Below, one piece after another: positions 16,237 to 24,400 of a stretch of DNA of 55,148 nucleotides. The notes below the pieces were generated by a model. It made no database searches, was not told the DNA's origin, and worked only from the letters and a program-made list of their open reading frames with translations. The position numbers were made by a program, and so were the translations under genes. Every line of letters begins with the position of its first letter. Positions within the stretch are counted from its first letter, which is position 1. This DNA comes from a candidate division Zixibacteria bacterium CG_4_9_14_3_um_filter_46_8 (GTDB lineage Bacteria > Zixibacteria > MSB-5A5 > UM-FILTER-46-8), in NCBI GenBank assembly GCA_002791595.1, contig PFXJ01000119.1, forward strand, positions 1-55,148, given 5' to 3'.

Positions 16237-17889
16237 ATGACTGACAACACTACTCACTATTTCGATTTTCTGATTATCGGATCCGGCATGGCCGGATTAT
16301 CGTTGGCGCTGGAGCTTTCCGAAATCGGCACAGTGGCGGTTTTGACCAAAAAACGCGATTCGGACAGCAACACAAATTATGCCCAAGGGGGAATAGCGGC
16401 TGTTACATCCTCCAATGATTCATTCGAATCGCACATCAATGACACGCTTCGAGTAGGATGCGGCCTATCCAACCCGGAGGTGGTTGAGAAAATTGTGCGC
16501 TCGGGACCGGATAATGTCCGTTGGCTGACCAATTTGGGCGTGAATTTTGCCGCCCAAGACTCAAAGGGAAGCAACAGTGAGGATTTCGACCGCGGCAAGG
16601 AAGGTGGACATACTCACAGCCGCGTCCTACACGTGGCGGATTACACCGGACGGGAAATTGAGCACCGCCTTCTGATGGCAGTCCGCGCGCATAAAAATGT
16701 GGAGCTGTTCGAAAATCATTTGGCTATTGACCTGCTTATGGGAATACACAACGTTCCTCCAGCTACCAAGGGCAGCGACATCAGAGTAAGTTATGGCGCC
16801 TATGCGCTTGATATAGTGCAAGGGACTGTAAAGATTTTCAAGGCAAGCCGCACGATTCTTGCATCCGGCGGCGCGGGAAGGGTCTATTTGCATACTACCA
16901 ACCCTGATATCACTACCGGCGATGGAATAGCGATGGCCTACCGCGCCGGTGCGGTCATTAAAAATATGGAGTTCGTTCAATTTCATCCTACAAGTCTTTA
17001 CACTCCAGAGGGAAAGACCTTTCTGATATCCGAAACAGTTCGCGGCGAGGGCGGCAAGTTAATGACCATAAGCGGCCATCATTTCATGTCAGATTACCAT
17101 CCTGACCGTGAATTGGCGCCGCGCGATATTGTGGCCCGTGCTATCGATGCCGAGCTCAAGAAAAGCGGAGATAAATTTGTATATTTGGATGTGAGGCATC
17201 TCGGCTCGCGGTATCTGCAAAGCCGCTTTCCAAATATCTATCAGAATTGCCTTAAACACGGTATTGATATTACCACCGACCTCATTCCCGTAGTTCCGGC
17301 GGCACATTATTTCTGCGGAGGGGCGGCTATCGACGCTGAGGGCCGAACAAATATCGCGAATCTCTTCGCCTGTGGGGAAACCTCCTGTAGCGGCATGCAT
17401 GGCGCCAATCGTCTGGCTTCGAACTCCCTATTGGAAGCGCTGGCCACGGCCCGCATGGTCGCCAATAGCATAAGGAATACTTTCTCTGGAACCGAAGTTC
17501 GGACTTATCCTCAGATACGGCCATGGATTGAGGAGGGTGTTTTTGACCATCAGGAATGGGTAATGATTTCCCACGATGAAGATACCATCCGCCGCCTGAT
17601 GTCTGATTACGTAGGCATTGTTCGTTCCAACAAACGGCTTAATCGCGCCAATGAACGGATGAGTGTGTTGGCCAGGGATATCGAAGAGTTTTACCAACTA
17701 AATCCGGTGCGGGCTGATGTCATCGAATTGCGGAACCTCTCCACTATCGCCATGCTGGTTATCCGATCGGCATTGATGCGCCTGGAATCGAGGGGATTGC
17801 ATTACACAACGGACTACCCTCTGACCGACGACATTCATTGCAAACATGATACAGAAATTCGGCGAGTTGATTTCACAAAACTATGGTGA
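16237..17889 (+). CDS. nadB: L-aspartate oxidase
   Basis: FAD motif 'DFLIIGSGMAGLSLAL', plus 'NYAQGGIAA', 'HTTNPDITTGDGIAMAYRAG', 'EFVQFHPT', 'RGEGG' and 'HGANRLASNSLLEA'. Confidence 0.92.
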   Translation: MTDNTTHYFDFLIIGSGMAGLSLALELSEIGTVAVLTKKRDSDSNTNYAQGGIAAVTSSNDSFESHINDTLRVGCGLSNPEVVEKIVRSGPDNVRWLTNLGVNFAAQDSKGSNSEDFDRGKEGGHTHSRVLHVADYTGREIEHRLLMAVRAHKNVELFENHLAIDLLMGIHNVPPATKGSDIRVSYGAYALDIVQGTVKIFKASRTILASGGAGRVYLHTTNPDITTGDGIAMAYRAGAVIKNMEFVQFHPTSLYTPEGKTFLISETVRGEGGKLMTISGHHFMSDYHPDRELAPRDIVARAIDAELKKSGDKFVYLDVRHLGSRYLQSRFPNIYQNCLKHGIDITTDLIPVVPAAHYFCGGAAIDAEGRTNIANLFACGETSCSGMHGANRLASNSLLEALATARMVANSIRNTFSGTEVRTYPQIRPWIEEGVFDHQEWVMISHDEDTIRRLMSDYVGIVRSNKRLNRANERMSVLARDIEEFYQLNPVRADVIELRNLSTIAMLVIRSALMRLESRGLHYTTDYPLTDDIHCKHDTEIRRVDFTKLW

Positions 17890-19418
17890 GAATGGATTGG
17901 ATTCTTATAATCGATTTTGGTTCGCAATATACCCAACTCATAGCCCGCAGGATTAGAGAACAGAGAGTTTATTGCCGGATCCAATCCTGTCTTGAATCGG
18001 GTTTAGAGAGCCCTGAAAATCTTAGGGGGATAATCCTATCAGGTGGACCGGCATCGGTGGCCGATGTTGGGGCTCCTATGATTCCCGATTTTGTGTTTGA
18101 CCTCAATTTGCCGGTATTGGGAATATGCTATGGCCTTCAAGCGGCTGTAAAGCAATTCGGGGGAACGGTAAAGAAATCATCGAGAAGAGAATACGGTCCG
18201 GCATCCTTAAAGATTCTGCGCGAAAATCCCCTCTTTGCCGGAATCACAAATACTTCCCGCGTCTGGATGAGTCATGGCGACCATGCCCTGCGTCTGCCGA
18301 AGGAGTTCAGGGCCATCGGATCAACACCATCTCTTAAGAATGCGGCTGTTTATTGTGGAGAGAAACAGTTTTATGGGTTGCAGTTTCATCCTGAAGTCTA
18401 TCATACCGATTATGGTAGGGAAATACTTGGGAATTTTGCGATCCAAATATGCAGGTGCCACCCTGGATGGACCCCGGAGCATTTTATCAATCAGACGGTC
18501 ACGGAGATAAAGGGAACCTCGGACAAATCGAAGGTGATTTGCGCTCTCTCCGGCGGCGTCGATTCGGCGGTCTGCGCGGCTTTGCTCTCCAAAGCGATAG
18601 GCAAGCGGACCATAGCGGTCTTTGTTGATAATGGTCTGTTGCGCAAGAATGAATCTTCCGAGGTGAAAGAAGCCTTTCGAAAATACCCTCAATTAGATTT
18701 CCGTTTTGTGGATGCTTCGGCAATTTTCTTGAAACGGTTGAGAAATGTAAGAGATCCAGAACGGAAACGAAAAATTATCGGGCGAGCTTTCATTGAGGTC
18801 TTCAGCGATTTTGCCAAAAAAGAAAAAGCGGATTTTCTGGCGCAGGGAACTCTTTATCCTGATCTGATCGAGAGCGTTTCTTTTAAAGGTCCTTCCGCGC
18901 TGATAAAATCTCATCATAATGTTGGTGGTCTTCCCAAAAGAATGAAACTTAAAATAATAGAGCCCTTAAAGGAACTTTTCAAAGATGAGGTCCGCGAGGT
19001 TGGCAAAGCTCTCGGTTTGCCGAAATCGTTTCTCAAGCGGCATCCATTCCCCGGACCAGGGTTGGCAGTGAGAATAATCGGTTCCGTTTCGACGGAAAAG
19101 TTAGAAATGCTGCGGGAAGCGGATTACATCTTCATTTCGGAGCTTAAGCAAGCCGGACTGTATGACAAAGTCTGGCAGGCGTTTTGTGTATTGTTGCCGG
19201 TAAAGTCGGTGGGCATCATGGGGGATGAACGCACTTATGAAAATACTCTGGCGTTGCGGGCCGTTACCGGGGTTGATGGCATGACTGCCGACTGGGCGCG
19301 GATTCCTGAAAATGTTCTGGAGACAGTCTCCTCGCGAATCACCAGAGAAGTAAAGGGCATAAACCGCGTGGTTTACGATATCAGCAGCAAACCCCCAGCC
19401 ACTATTGAATGGGAATGA
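17883..19418 (+). CDS. guaA: Glutamine-hydrolysing GMP synthase
   Basis: 'ILIIDFGSQYTQLIARRIRE', 'GICYGLQ', the PP-loop 'ALSGGVDSAV', 'SHHNVGGLP' and the C-terminal 'PPATIEWE'. The start is 17883 (overlapping the nadB stop) or the ATG at 17892. Confidence 0.95.
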   Translation: MVRMDWILIIDFGSQYTQLIARRIREQRVYCRIQSCLESGLESPENLRGIILSGGPASVADVGAPMIPDFVFDLNLPVLGICYGLQAAVKQFGGTVKKSSRREYGPASLKILRENPLFAGITNTSRVWMSHGDHALRLPKEFRAIGSTPSLKNAAVYCGEKQFYGLQFHPEVYHTDYGREILGNFAIQICRCHPGWTPEHFINQTVTEIKGTSDKSKVICALSGGVDSAVCAALLSKAIGKRTIAVFVDNGLLRKNESSEVKEAFRKYPQLDFRFVDASAIFLKRLRNVRDPERKRKIIGRAFIEVFSDFAKKEKADFLAQGTLYPDLIESVSFKGPSALIKSHHNVGGLPKRMKLKIIEPLKELFKDEVREVGKALGLPKSFLKRHPFPGPGLAVRIIGSVSTEKLEMLREADYIFISELKQAGLYDKVWQAFCVLLPVKSVGIMGDERTYENTLALRAVTGVDGMTADWARIPENVLETVSSRITREVKGINRVVYDISSKPPATIEWE

Positions 19419-19428
19419 ATATCCGTGG

Positions 19429-20328
19429 TTAGAGATACTCAGCTATCCCATCTTCAAATCGGATCATCTTTATGCCAAAGTTATCTGCATAAGATAGGTT
19501 CTCGCAGAGATTCTCTGATTTCAGCATCAAGAGCTGCTCACTGGTGAGTGGAATAGGAATCCCGATGAGCTCAGCTATTTTTATCGGGGGAGTTATCAAC
19601 CCGAATGGAATTCGAGGCATTATTATCTTCTTACCAAGTTTATCCGCAATCTTTTTGATTATATCAATATAGGCGAGTTTTTCAGGCCCGCAGACCGAAT
19701 AGATTTCGTTATCCCAAATGCCATGGTTGAAGGCTTTCACTACTGCTTCAGTTAGATTGTAAATTGAGACGGGTTGAAGGCGATAGCGGCCATAACCGAA
19801 TATCGGGAATATCGGAGATCTTCGCATAATCCCGGCCAGCATATTGACAAATCCGTCGCCTGGACCAAACAAAACCGAGGGCCGGAATATTACATATTCC
19901 AGCCCTGAAGATATGATGGCTTGCTCCGCTTTGTGCTTGGTAGCGAAATATGGCGTAGTCTGGCCCTCAGAAACTCCCAAAGCGCTTATCTGAATCACCC
20001 GCTTGACCTTGGCCTTCCGGCAAGCCTCAATTATATTCAATACGCCTTGATGATGCACCGCTTCGAAAGTATTGTCACCTTTCTCCTTAATGATTCCGAC
20101 GGCATTGACCACCACTTCGACTCCATCAATGGATTGGTTCAGCCCTTTGCCACTGATGAGGTCACTTTCAAATAATTCCTCTCCATGTATTTTCGATTTT
20201 GGGTGACGAGAAACAAGGCGCACTTCGCAACCCGCGTTGAGCGCGCACTGGCCAATATGGCTCCCCACAAATCCACTGCCTATAATGGCGATTATTTTTG
20301 CCCCTGGTTTGGGATTTACTGAAGTCAT
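19429..20328 (-). CDS. NAD(P)-binding atypical SDR (NDUFA9/NmrA-like epimerase/dehydratase family)
   Basis: 'IIAIIGSGFVGSHIGQ' Rossmann motif, plus 'VVNAVGI', 'RVIQISALG', 'YFATKHKAEQ' and 'IFRPSVLFGPGD'. Confidence 0.8.
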   Translation of the reverse strand: MTSVNPKPGAKIIAIIGSGFVGSHIGQCALNAGCEVRLVSRHPKSKIHGEELFESDLISGKGLNQSIDGVEVVVNAVGIIKEKGDNTFEAVHHQGVLNIIEACRKAKVKRVIQISALGVSEGQTTPYFATKHKAEQAIISSGLEYVIFRPSVLFGPGDGFVNMLAGIMRRSPIFPIFGYGRYRLQPVSIYNLTEAVVKAFNHGIWDNEIYSVCGPEKLAYIDIIKKIADKLGKKIIMPRIPFGLITPPIKIAELIGIPIPLTSEQLLMLKSENLCENLSYADNFGIKMIRFEDGIAEYL

Positions 20329-20422
20329 TTTTCACCTAACCCAGCTATTTGGAAACACAACAAAATTTAATATCCTGAATTTAAGCGCAGTACGTGAAAT
20401 TAATGTAAACGCCTAAGGAAGA

Positions 20423-21079
20423 TCAAGAGATAGATATGCCGCAACGTTCCCAATCCGGCTGACTAAAGATATGAGTAGTGTAATAGAATGCCGCCCGGAC
20501 AAAATAGGTGAGGTAGGAATTTTCGATCTGGGGAGCATTGGGGTCTGGTTTCCAGGAGTAAACAATCAAAGAGGTTTTGCCAATGATCTCGGATACATTG
20601 ATGAAACCCCAAATCCTGCTGTCAGGATACATATCGCGGTCATCGCATAGGATAAACACTGTGCCGGATGGAACTTGAATCGGACCATAATTATCCCGAG
20701 CAGAGATTGCGGAAGAGAAAATTCTGTAATCGACAAATCTGATCCCTTTGGTATCTTCAACCGGTTTGTCATTTACAAATAGCTTCTTGTCCCTTATTTC
20801 GACAATTTGCCCTTCGACTGCGGCGACACGTCTTATTAGGGATTCCTCCATTATCAAGGGATGCTTAAGGAGAACAATATCTCCGGGCAATGGATTGGAA
20901 TAGGCATAAGATAAAACGTTGACTCCGACCACATCTCCTGGCAAAAGGGTATTAGCCATAGAATCATCATCGATCTCGACAAACTTGAAAATAAACAACC
21001 TGACCGCGATAATAAGCAATATTAAGACTACAATGGATTTTAGGATTTCAGCCGACCTGCTTGGCCTTTTGGCTCCCAT
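20423..21079 (-). CDS. lepB: Signal peptidase I (S26) homologue with Arg at the catalytic-Lys position
   Basis: N-terminal TM segment. Box B 'DDDSMANTLLPGD', box C 'GDIVLLKHP', box D 'LIRRVAAVEGQ' (E. coli has [11 protein letters not shown]), box E 'CDDRDMYPDSRIWGFI'. Confidence 0.85.
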   Translation of the reverse strand: MGAKRPSRSAEILKSIVVLILLIIAVRLFIFKFVEIDDDSMANTLLPGDVVGVNVLSYAYSNPLPGDIVLLKHPLIMEESLIRRVAAVEGQIVEIRDKKLFVNDKPVEDTKGIRFVDYRIFSSAISARDNYGPIQVPSGTVFILCDDRDMYPDSRIWGFINVSEIIGKTSLIVYSWKPDPNAPQIENSYLTYFVRAAFYYTTHIFSQPDWERCGISIS

Positions 21080-21164
21080 AATAACTCCATTTTGATTAAG
21101 GTAATAGGGCTACAATAGTTATCGACATCTAAGCAGGCAATTTAGTATTGAGAAAATTATTGTT

Positions 21165-21200
21165 CAAAATATAAACCCCCGCTTCGGAACGAAGCAGGGG
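21165..21200 (-). terminator. Intrinsic terminator downstream of the 21234-22493 gene
   Basis: CCCC-GCTTCG-GAA-CGAAGC-A-GGGG hairpin (21177-21200). On the minus strand it is followed by TTTATATTTTG. Confidence 0.55.
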
Positions 21201-21233
21201 TCTCATGGTAAACTGCAAGATATTAAACCACTA

Positions 21234-22493
21234 TCATTTAACCAAAACCATTTTTCTGGTTATGGTATTGATGTCAGTGGTTAGACTATAGAAATAGGCG
21301 CCAGATGACATAGAGGCGGCGTCCCAGACAATTGAATGCTGGCCGGCAACTTGCACCCCATCAATCAATGTCGCCACTTTCTGGCCAAGCAGATTGAATA
21401 CTTCCAATCTGACTTTCGCTTCTGCGGGAAGACTGTATCTGATTTCCGTGGACGCGTTAAATGGGTTGGGATAATTGGCCAGCAATGCCAATTGAGTTGG
21501 GATTTCCGAATTATCATTAAACCATCCTAACAGATTCCAATTATCGGCATCGCCGGTTTTGCCGGCAGTCACCGTGAATTCAAATGAGGCATCATCGATA
21601 ATCGTCGATGGATAATCGCCACAGTAGGCGATATAATTATATGTCCCTAGGGGGGCATAGCTGGGCACTGGTTGCGTTGCTCCGGCAGCCACCAGGGCGG
21701 TATATGGGCCAAGCGGAATGTTATTAAATCTCTGAAGCGGGCCAAATGTTCCATAACCAGGGACTTCCAGCATTATCCAGACATCGCTGGTCCGTGGCAG
21801 GGCTGTGCTGTTGCCGATGGAGCCGGTGAATGAAAATGAACCGCCAGGAGGAGTCGAGACCGGGAAAATTGCGGGTATCATTTCGATATAAACCTCGGGC
21901 AAGGTGGGTTCCGGCACACCGGTTACGTGGGCCCAGCTTATGCTGGATTGGTCAGAATTCTCTATGCGAAAGCAGGGATAACCCAGATGCGCCTCATAGG
22001 CCACCACCGCGGATCTCCCTCCATTGCTATTCTGCCACCAGTTGCCGACAGCCACCGGATCATAACCATAGCCTCCCACGATGTGATAATCCTGCAGAAG
22101 CGTTTCGCCACTTGAAGACGTGAATTTCACCCGTCCGACCCCCTCGGCGTTATACCAATAGACAGTTTCATCGTAAAGGGGCCAGAAGTATATCCTCATT
22201 CTGAATTTGGCGCAATTATAAAAAGTGCCAGCGGGACAGACCACGGTCTCACTCATCGATTCAACCGCGAACTGAAGCGATACATTAAATCCATTCACAT
22301 TGACCGTCTCATTCCATTGATCGCCCAATACTGGATATACCTCGCCAAAATGCTTATGGCCGGTAAAGTCGAATGGCTGAGCAGGATTGCTTCGAACCTC
22401 CACTAAATAGATCGGTGCACTTGCCAAGGCACTGCCCTCTACGCCCCACACGAGAATCGATGCCATCAGAATCGCCAGGAATTTTGTTTTCAT
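21234..22493 (-). CDS. Secreted protein with T9SS (Por) C-terminal sorting domain
   Basis: Signal peptide 'MKTKFLAILMASILVWGVEGSALA'. The ATG at 22493 has GGAGG upstream, whereas the track start at 22514 is a TTG. C-terminal 'NYPNPFNASTEIRYSLP..VFNLLGQKVATL..SGAYFYSL..RKMVLVK'. Confidence 0.8.
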   Translation of the reverse strand: MKTKFLAILMASILVWGVEGSALASAPIYLVEVRSNPAQPFDFTGHKHFGEVYPVLGDQWNETVNVNGFNVSLQFAVESMSETVVCPAGTFYNCAKFRMRIYFWPLYDETVYWYNAEGVGRVKFTSSSGETLLQDYHIVGGYGYDPVAVGNWWQNSNGGRSAVVAYEAHLGYPCFRIENSDQSSISWAHVTGVPEPTLPEVYIEMIPAIFPVSTPPGGSFSFTGSIGNSTALPRTSDVWIMLEVPGYGTFGPLQRFNNIPLGPYTALVAAGATQPVPSYAPLGTYNYIAYCGDYPSTIIDDASFEFTVTAGKTGDADNWNLLGWFNDNSEIPTQLALLANYPNPFNASTEIRYSLPAEAKVRLEVFNLLGQKVATLIDGVQVAGQHSIVWDAASMSSGAYFYSLTTDINTITRKMVLVK

Positions 22494-22614
22494 TTTGAAT
22501 CCTCCAATTTCCAAAGATGCCGTTAATTTAATCTAAATTGATGCTCTCAAAAAACTCTTATCATCTAATCCGAGAAGAATCTGGGATAATTTTTTTTAAC
22601 CTCGCCAATTAATA

Positions 22615-22991
22615 GGGCATGTTGAAAAGGTGGTTTCCGGACTTCCTCCACATGTCATTCCCGCGAAAGCGGGAATCTATCTCTTTGGCAAATATGGATT
22701 CCCACTTTCGGGCTTGTTGAAAAAGCCAGGAAACTCGAAAAATGATCTTAACCTTCTCCCGCGTTGTCGGGAGAAGGTGGCCCCGCCTAAAGCGGGGACG
22801 GATGAGGGCGTAACCCCATAAGCTCCCTCATCCTCCGACTCCTTCTCCCAATTAATGGGAGAAGGAGAGAAAGAAAAGAACTTTTTGAAGCACTTTCTTT
22901 TTCATGGCAGCGCAGCTTTTTCAACAAGCCCTTTCGTGGGAATGACAACTAAGTAACTTTTCCTTGCCCAATATGGTTTTTCAACACTCCC
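22615..22991. repeat. MITE-like composite palindromic element (hairpin array bounded by inverted 14-mers and flanked by TAATA)
   Basis: Four copies of GGG[C/A]NTGTTGAAAA: forward at 22615-22628 and 22710-22723, reverse at 22918-22931 and 22978-22991. Five GC-rich hairpins: ATTCCCGC-GAAA-GCGGGAAT (22657-22676), CCTTCTCCC..GGGAGAAGG (22752-22777 and again 22841-22865), CCCCGC-CTAAA-GCGGGG (22781-22797), GGATGAGGG..CCCTCATCC (22800-22833). TAATA directly flanks both ends (22610-22614 and 22992-22996). Confidence 0.6.
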
Positions 22992-23158
22992 TAATATGCT
23001 TCCCCTTCATTCAGATGATATACTTTTGAAATAGCGCGATCTTGATGCGCAAGATCGATTTTGTTTAATATAATCAATCATTCTCATAAATCAATCTAAA
23101 TTTGGTATATGTAAGGTTCCCTTTCGAAAAATCCTGAAAACTCCGGATAAAAAATTTA

Positions 23159-23186
23159 TTGCGAAATATGGTATGCTGAATATAAT
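23159..23186 (+). promoter_or_regulatory. Sigma70-like promoter candidate
   Basis: TTGCGA (23159-23164), a 16-nt spacer, then a perfect TATAAT (23181-23186). This lies 35 nt upstream of the ATG at 23221, which itself has GGAGG upstream. Confidence 0.4.
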
Positions 23187-23220
23187 TTCATCAGGAATAA
23201 TCACAATTTGGAGGCATTTT

Positions 23221-23778
23221 ATGAAACATTGGACCGTAATTGTGCTCTGTGGAATGACTATCGGAGCGCTACTCATATCCTGCGGAGGGGGCAAGGAGGA
23301 ATTTAATGTTCCCGGGATGGATATTGCCATCAAAAATGTGCCTTCCCAGAAAATCGCCTATGCCGAGATAATCGGGCCTTATTCGGAAATCGGCGATAAC
23401 CTTAACGCGCTATCTTTCTGGGGTGAGCAGAATGGCTTAGCCACAAGCACGGTGTTGATGGGGATATTCTATGATGATCCCGGTGTCGTGCCCGCATTTA
23501 AATTAAAATCTGAAGTTGCTATGACAGTCCCGATGAATACCCAACCTGATTCGGTCTATCCGGTGAGGGAGTTGCCCGAAATGACGGTGGCCTCGGTGGT
23601 TCTCAAAGGCCCCCATGATGATATTACTAAACGGTATGGCGAAGTTTTTGGCTGGGTCGCGCAAAATAATTATTCTGTGGAGGGACCGCTCTTTGAGATT
23701 TATCTCAAATGTGGCAAGGACATTCCTGAAACCGAGTATGAAACTGAGATAAGAATACCGGTGAAGAAGATTTCTTAA
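23221..23778 (+). CDS. Lipoprotein with GyrI-like (AraC effector-binding/SOUL-like) small-molecule-binding domain
   Basis: Lipobox 'GALLISCGGG'. The rest follows the GyrI-like duplicated pattern: 'IKNVPSQKIAYAEIIGPYSEI..', 'GIFYDDP', 'VRELPEMTVASVVLKGPHDDI', 'EGPLFEIYL' and 'TEIRIPVKK'. Confidence 0.65.
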   Translation: MKHWTVIVLCGMTIGALLISCGGGKEEFNVPGMDIAIKNVPSQKIAYAEIIGPYSEIGDNLNALSFWGEQNGLATSTVLMGIFYDDPGVVPAFKLKSEVAMTVPMNTQPDSVYPVRELPEMTVASVVLKGPHDDITKRYGEVFGWVAQNNYSVEGPLFEIYLKCGKDIPETEYETEIRIPVKKIS

Positions 23779-23894
23779 TTGGCGATTCTTGGGGGAACCA
23801 TTGATTTGAAGGCCAGGACTGATGCATTAGAGCATCCCCATTCTGCAAATAGATATCTATTTGAATTTGCTGAAATGGCGGTCTATTTCCGGCC

Positions 23895-24116
23895 CTAACT
23901 CAATTCCGATGAATGATGGATTTTGACTGCCTCGTCAATGGCAGCTGAAAATATTGTCTCGATATCCGTGACCAATCCGGCCTGAATCATTTTCTTGGCG
24001 CTATTCACTTCATCGAATTTCAGTTCCCTTCCAAGGCGTGTCATGGCTTCCTGTTGAAGTTCACCCAGTGCAATCAGAAAAACAATATCATCCTCTTTGA
24101 CTATGACAACACTCAT
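23895..24116 (-). CDS. Hypothetical small protein (73 aa)
   Basis: ORF only. It starts 9 nt after the stop of the preceding small ORF, in the same orientation as gatDE. I recognise no motif. Confidence 0.4.
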   Translation of the reverse strand: MSVVIVKEDDIVFLIALGELQQEAMTRLGRELKFDEVNSAKKMIQAGLVTDIETIFSAAIDEAVKIHHSSELS

Positions 24117-24125
24117 CGAAAAATC

Positions 24126-24326
24126 CTAAAGGTCAAATGCCTCTCGCAGTTTGATCGGGTTCATTTCAGATGAATAGAGTAACCCGATTTGGTCTGGTAA
24201 GACATTGATGTATCGTCGATCTAATTCCGGGAAACTATTCAATACTTGCCGAAACTTCTTCTCTTCATTTGTAATTATGTACATTAATGGGATATAATAT
24301 CTTCTGGCATCAACATCCTTGCCCAT
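24126..24326 (-). CDS. Hypothetical small protein (66 aa), possibly the 3' part of a frameshifted ~90-aa gene
   Basis: ORF only. A 35-codon ORF (24391 down to 24284, MADTQNQIFEDPDLFTVKQASRWARMLMPEDIISH) begins 9 nt after the gatE stop and overlaps this ORF in another frame. Confidence 0.4.
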   Translation of the reverse strand: MGKDVDARRYYIPLMYIITNEEKKFRQVLNSFPELDRRYINVLPDQIGLLYSSEMNPIKLREAFDL

Positions 24327-24400
24327 CTACTTGCTTGCTTGACAGTGAATAAATCAGGGTCTTCGAATATTTGATTCTGCGTGTCTGCCATGTGTACTTC

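Noticed and set aside
22630-22821. 63-aa ORF 'MVSGLPPHVIPAKAGIY...REKVAPPKAGTDEGVTP'
   Set aside because: It is a read-through of the GC-rich hairpins of the MITE/REP-like array. 'VIPAKAGI' and 'PPKAGTDEG' are typical repeat-derived pseudo-peptides.
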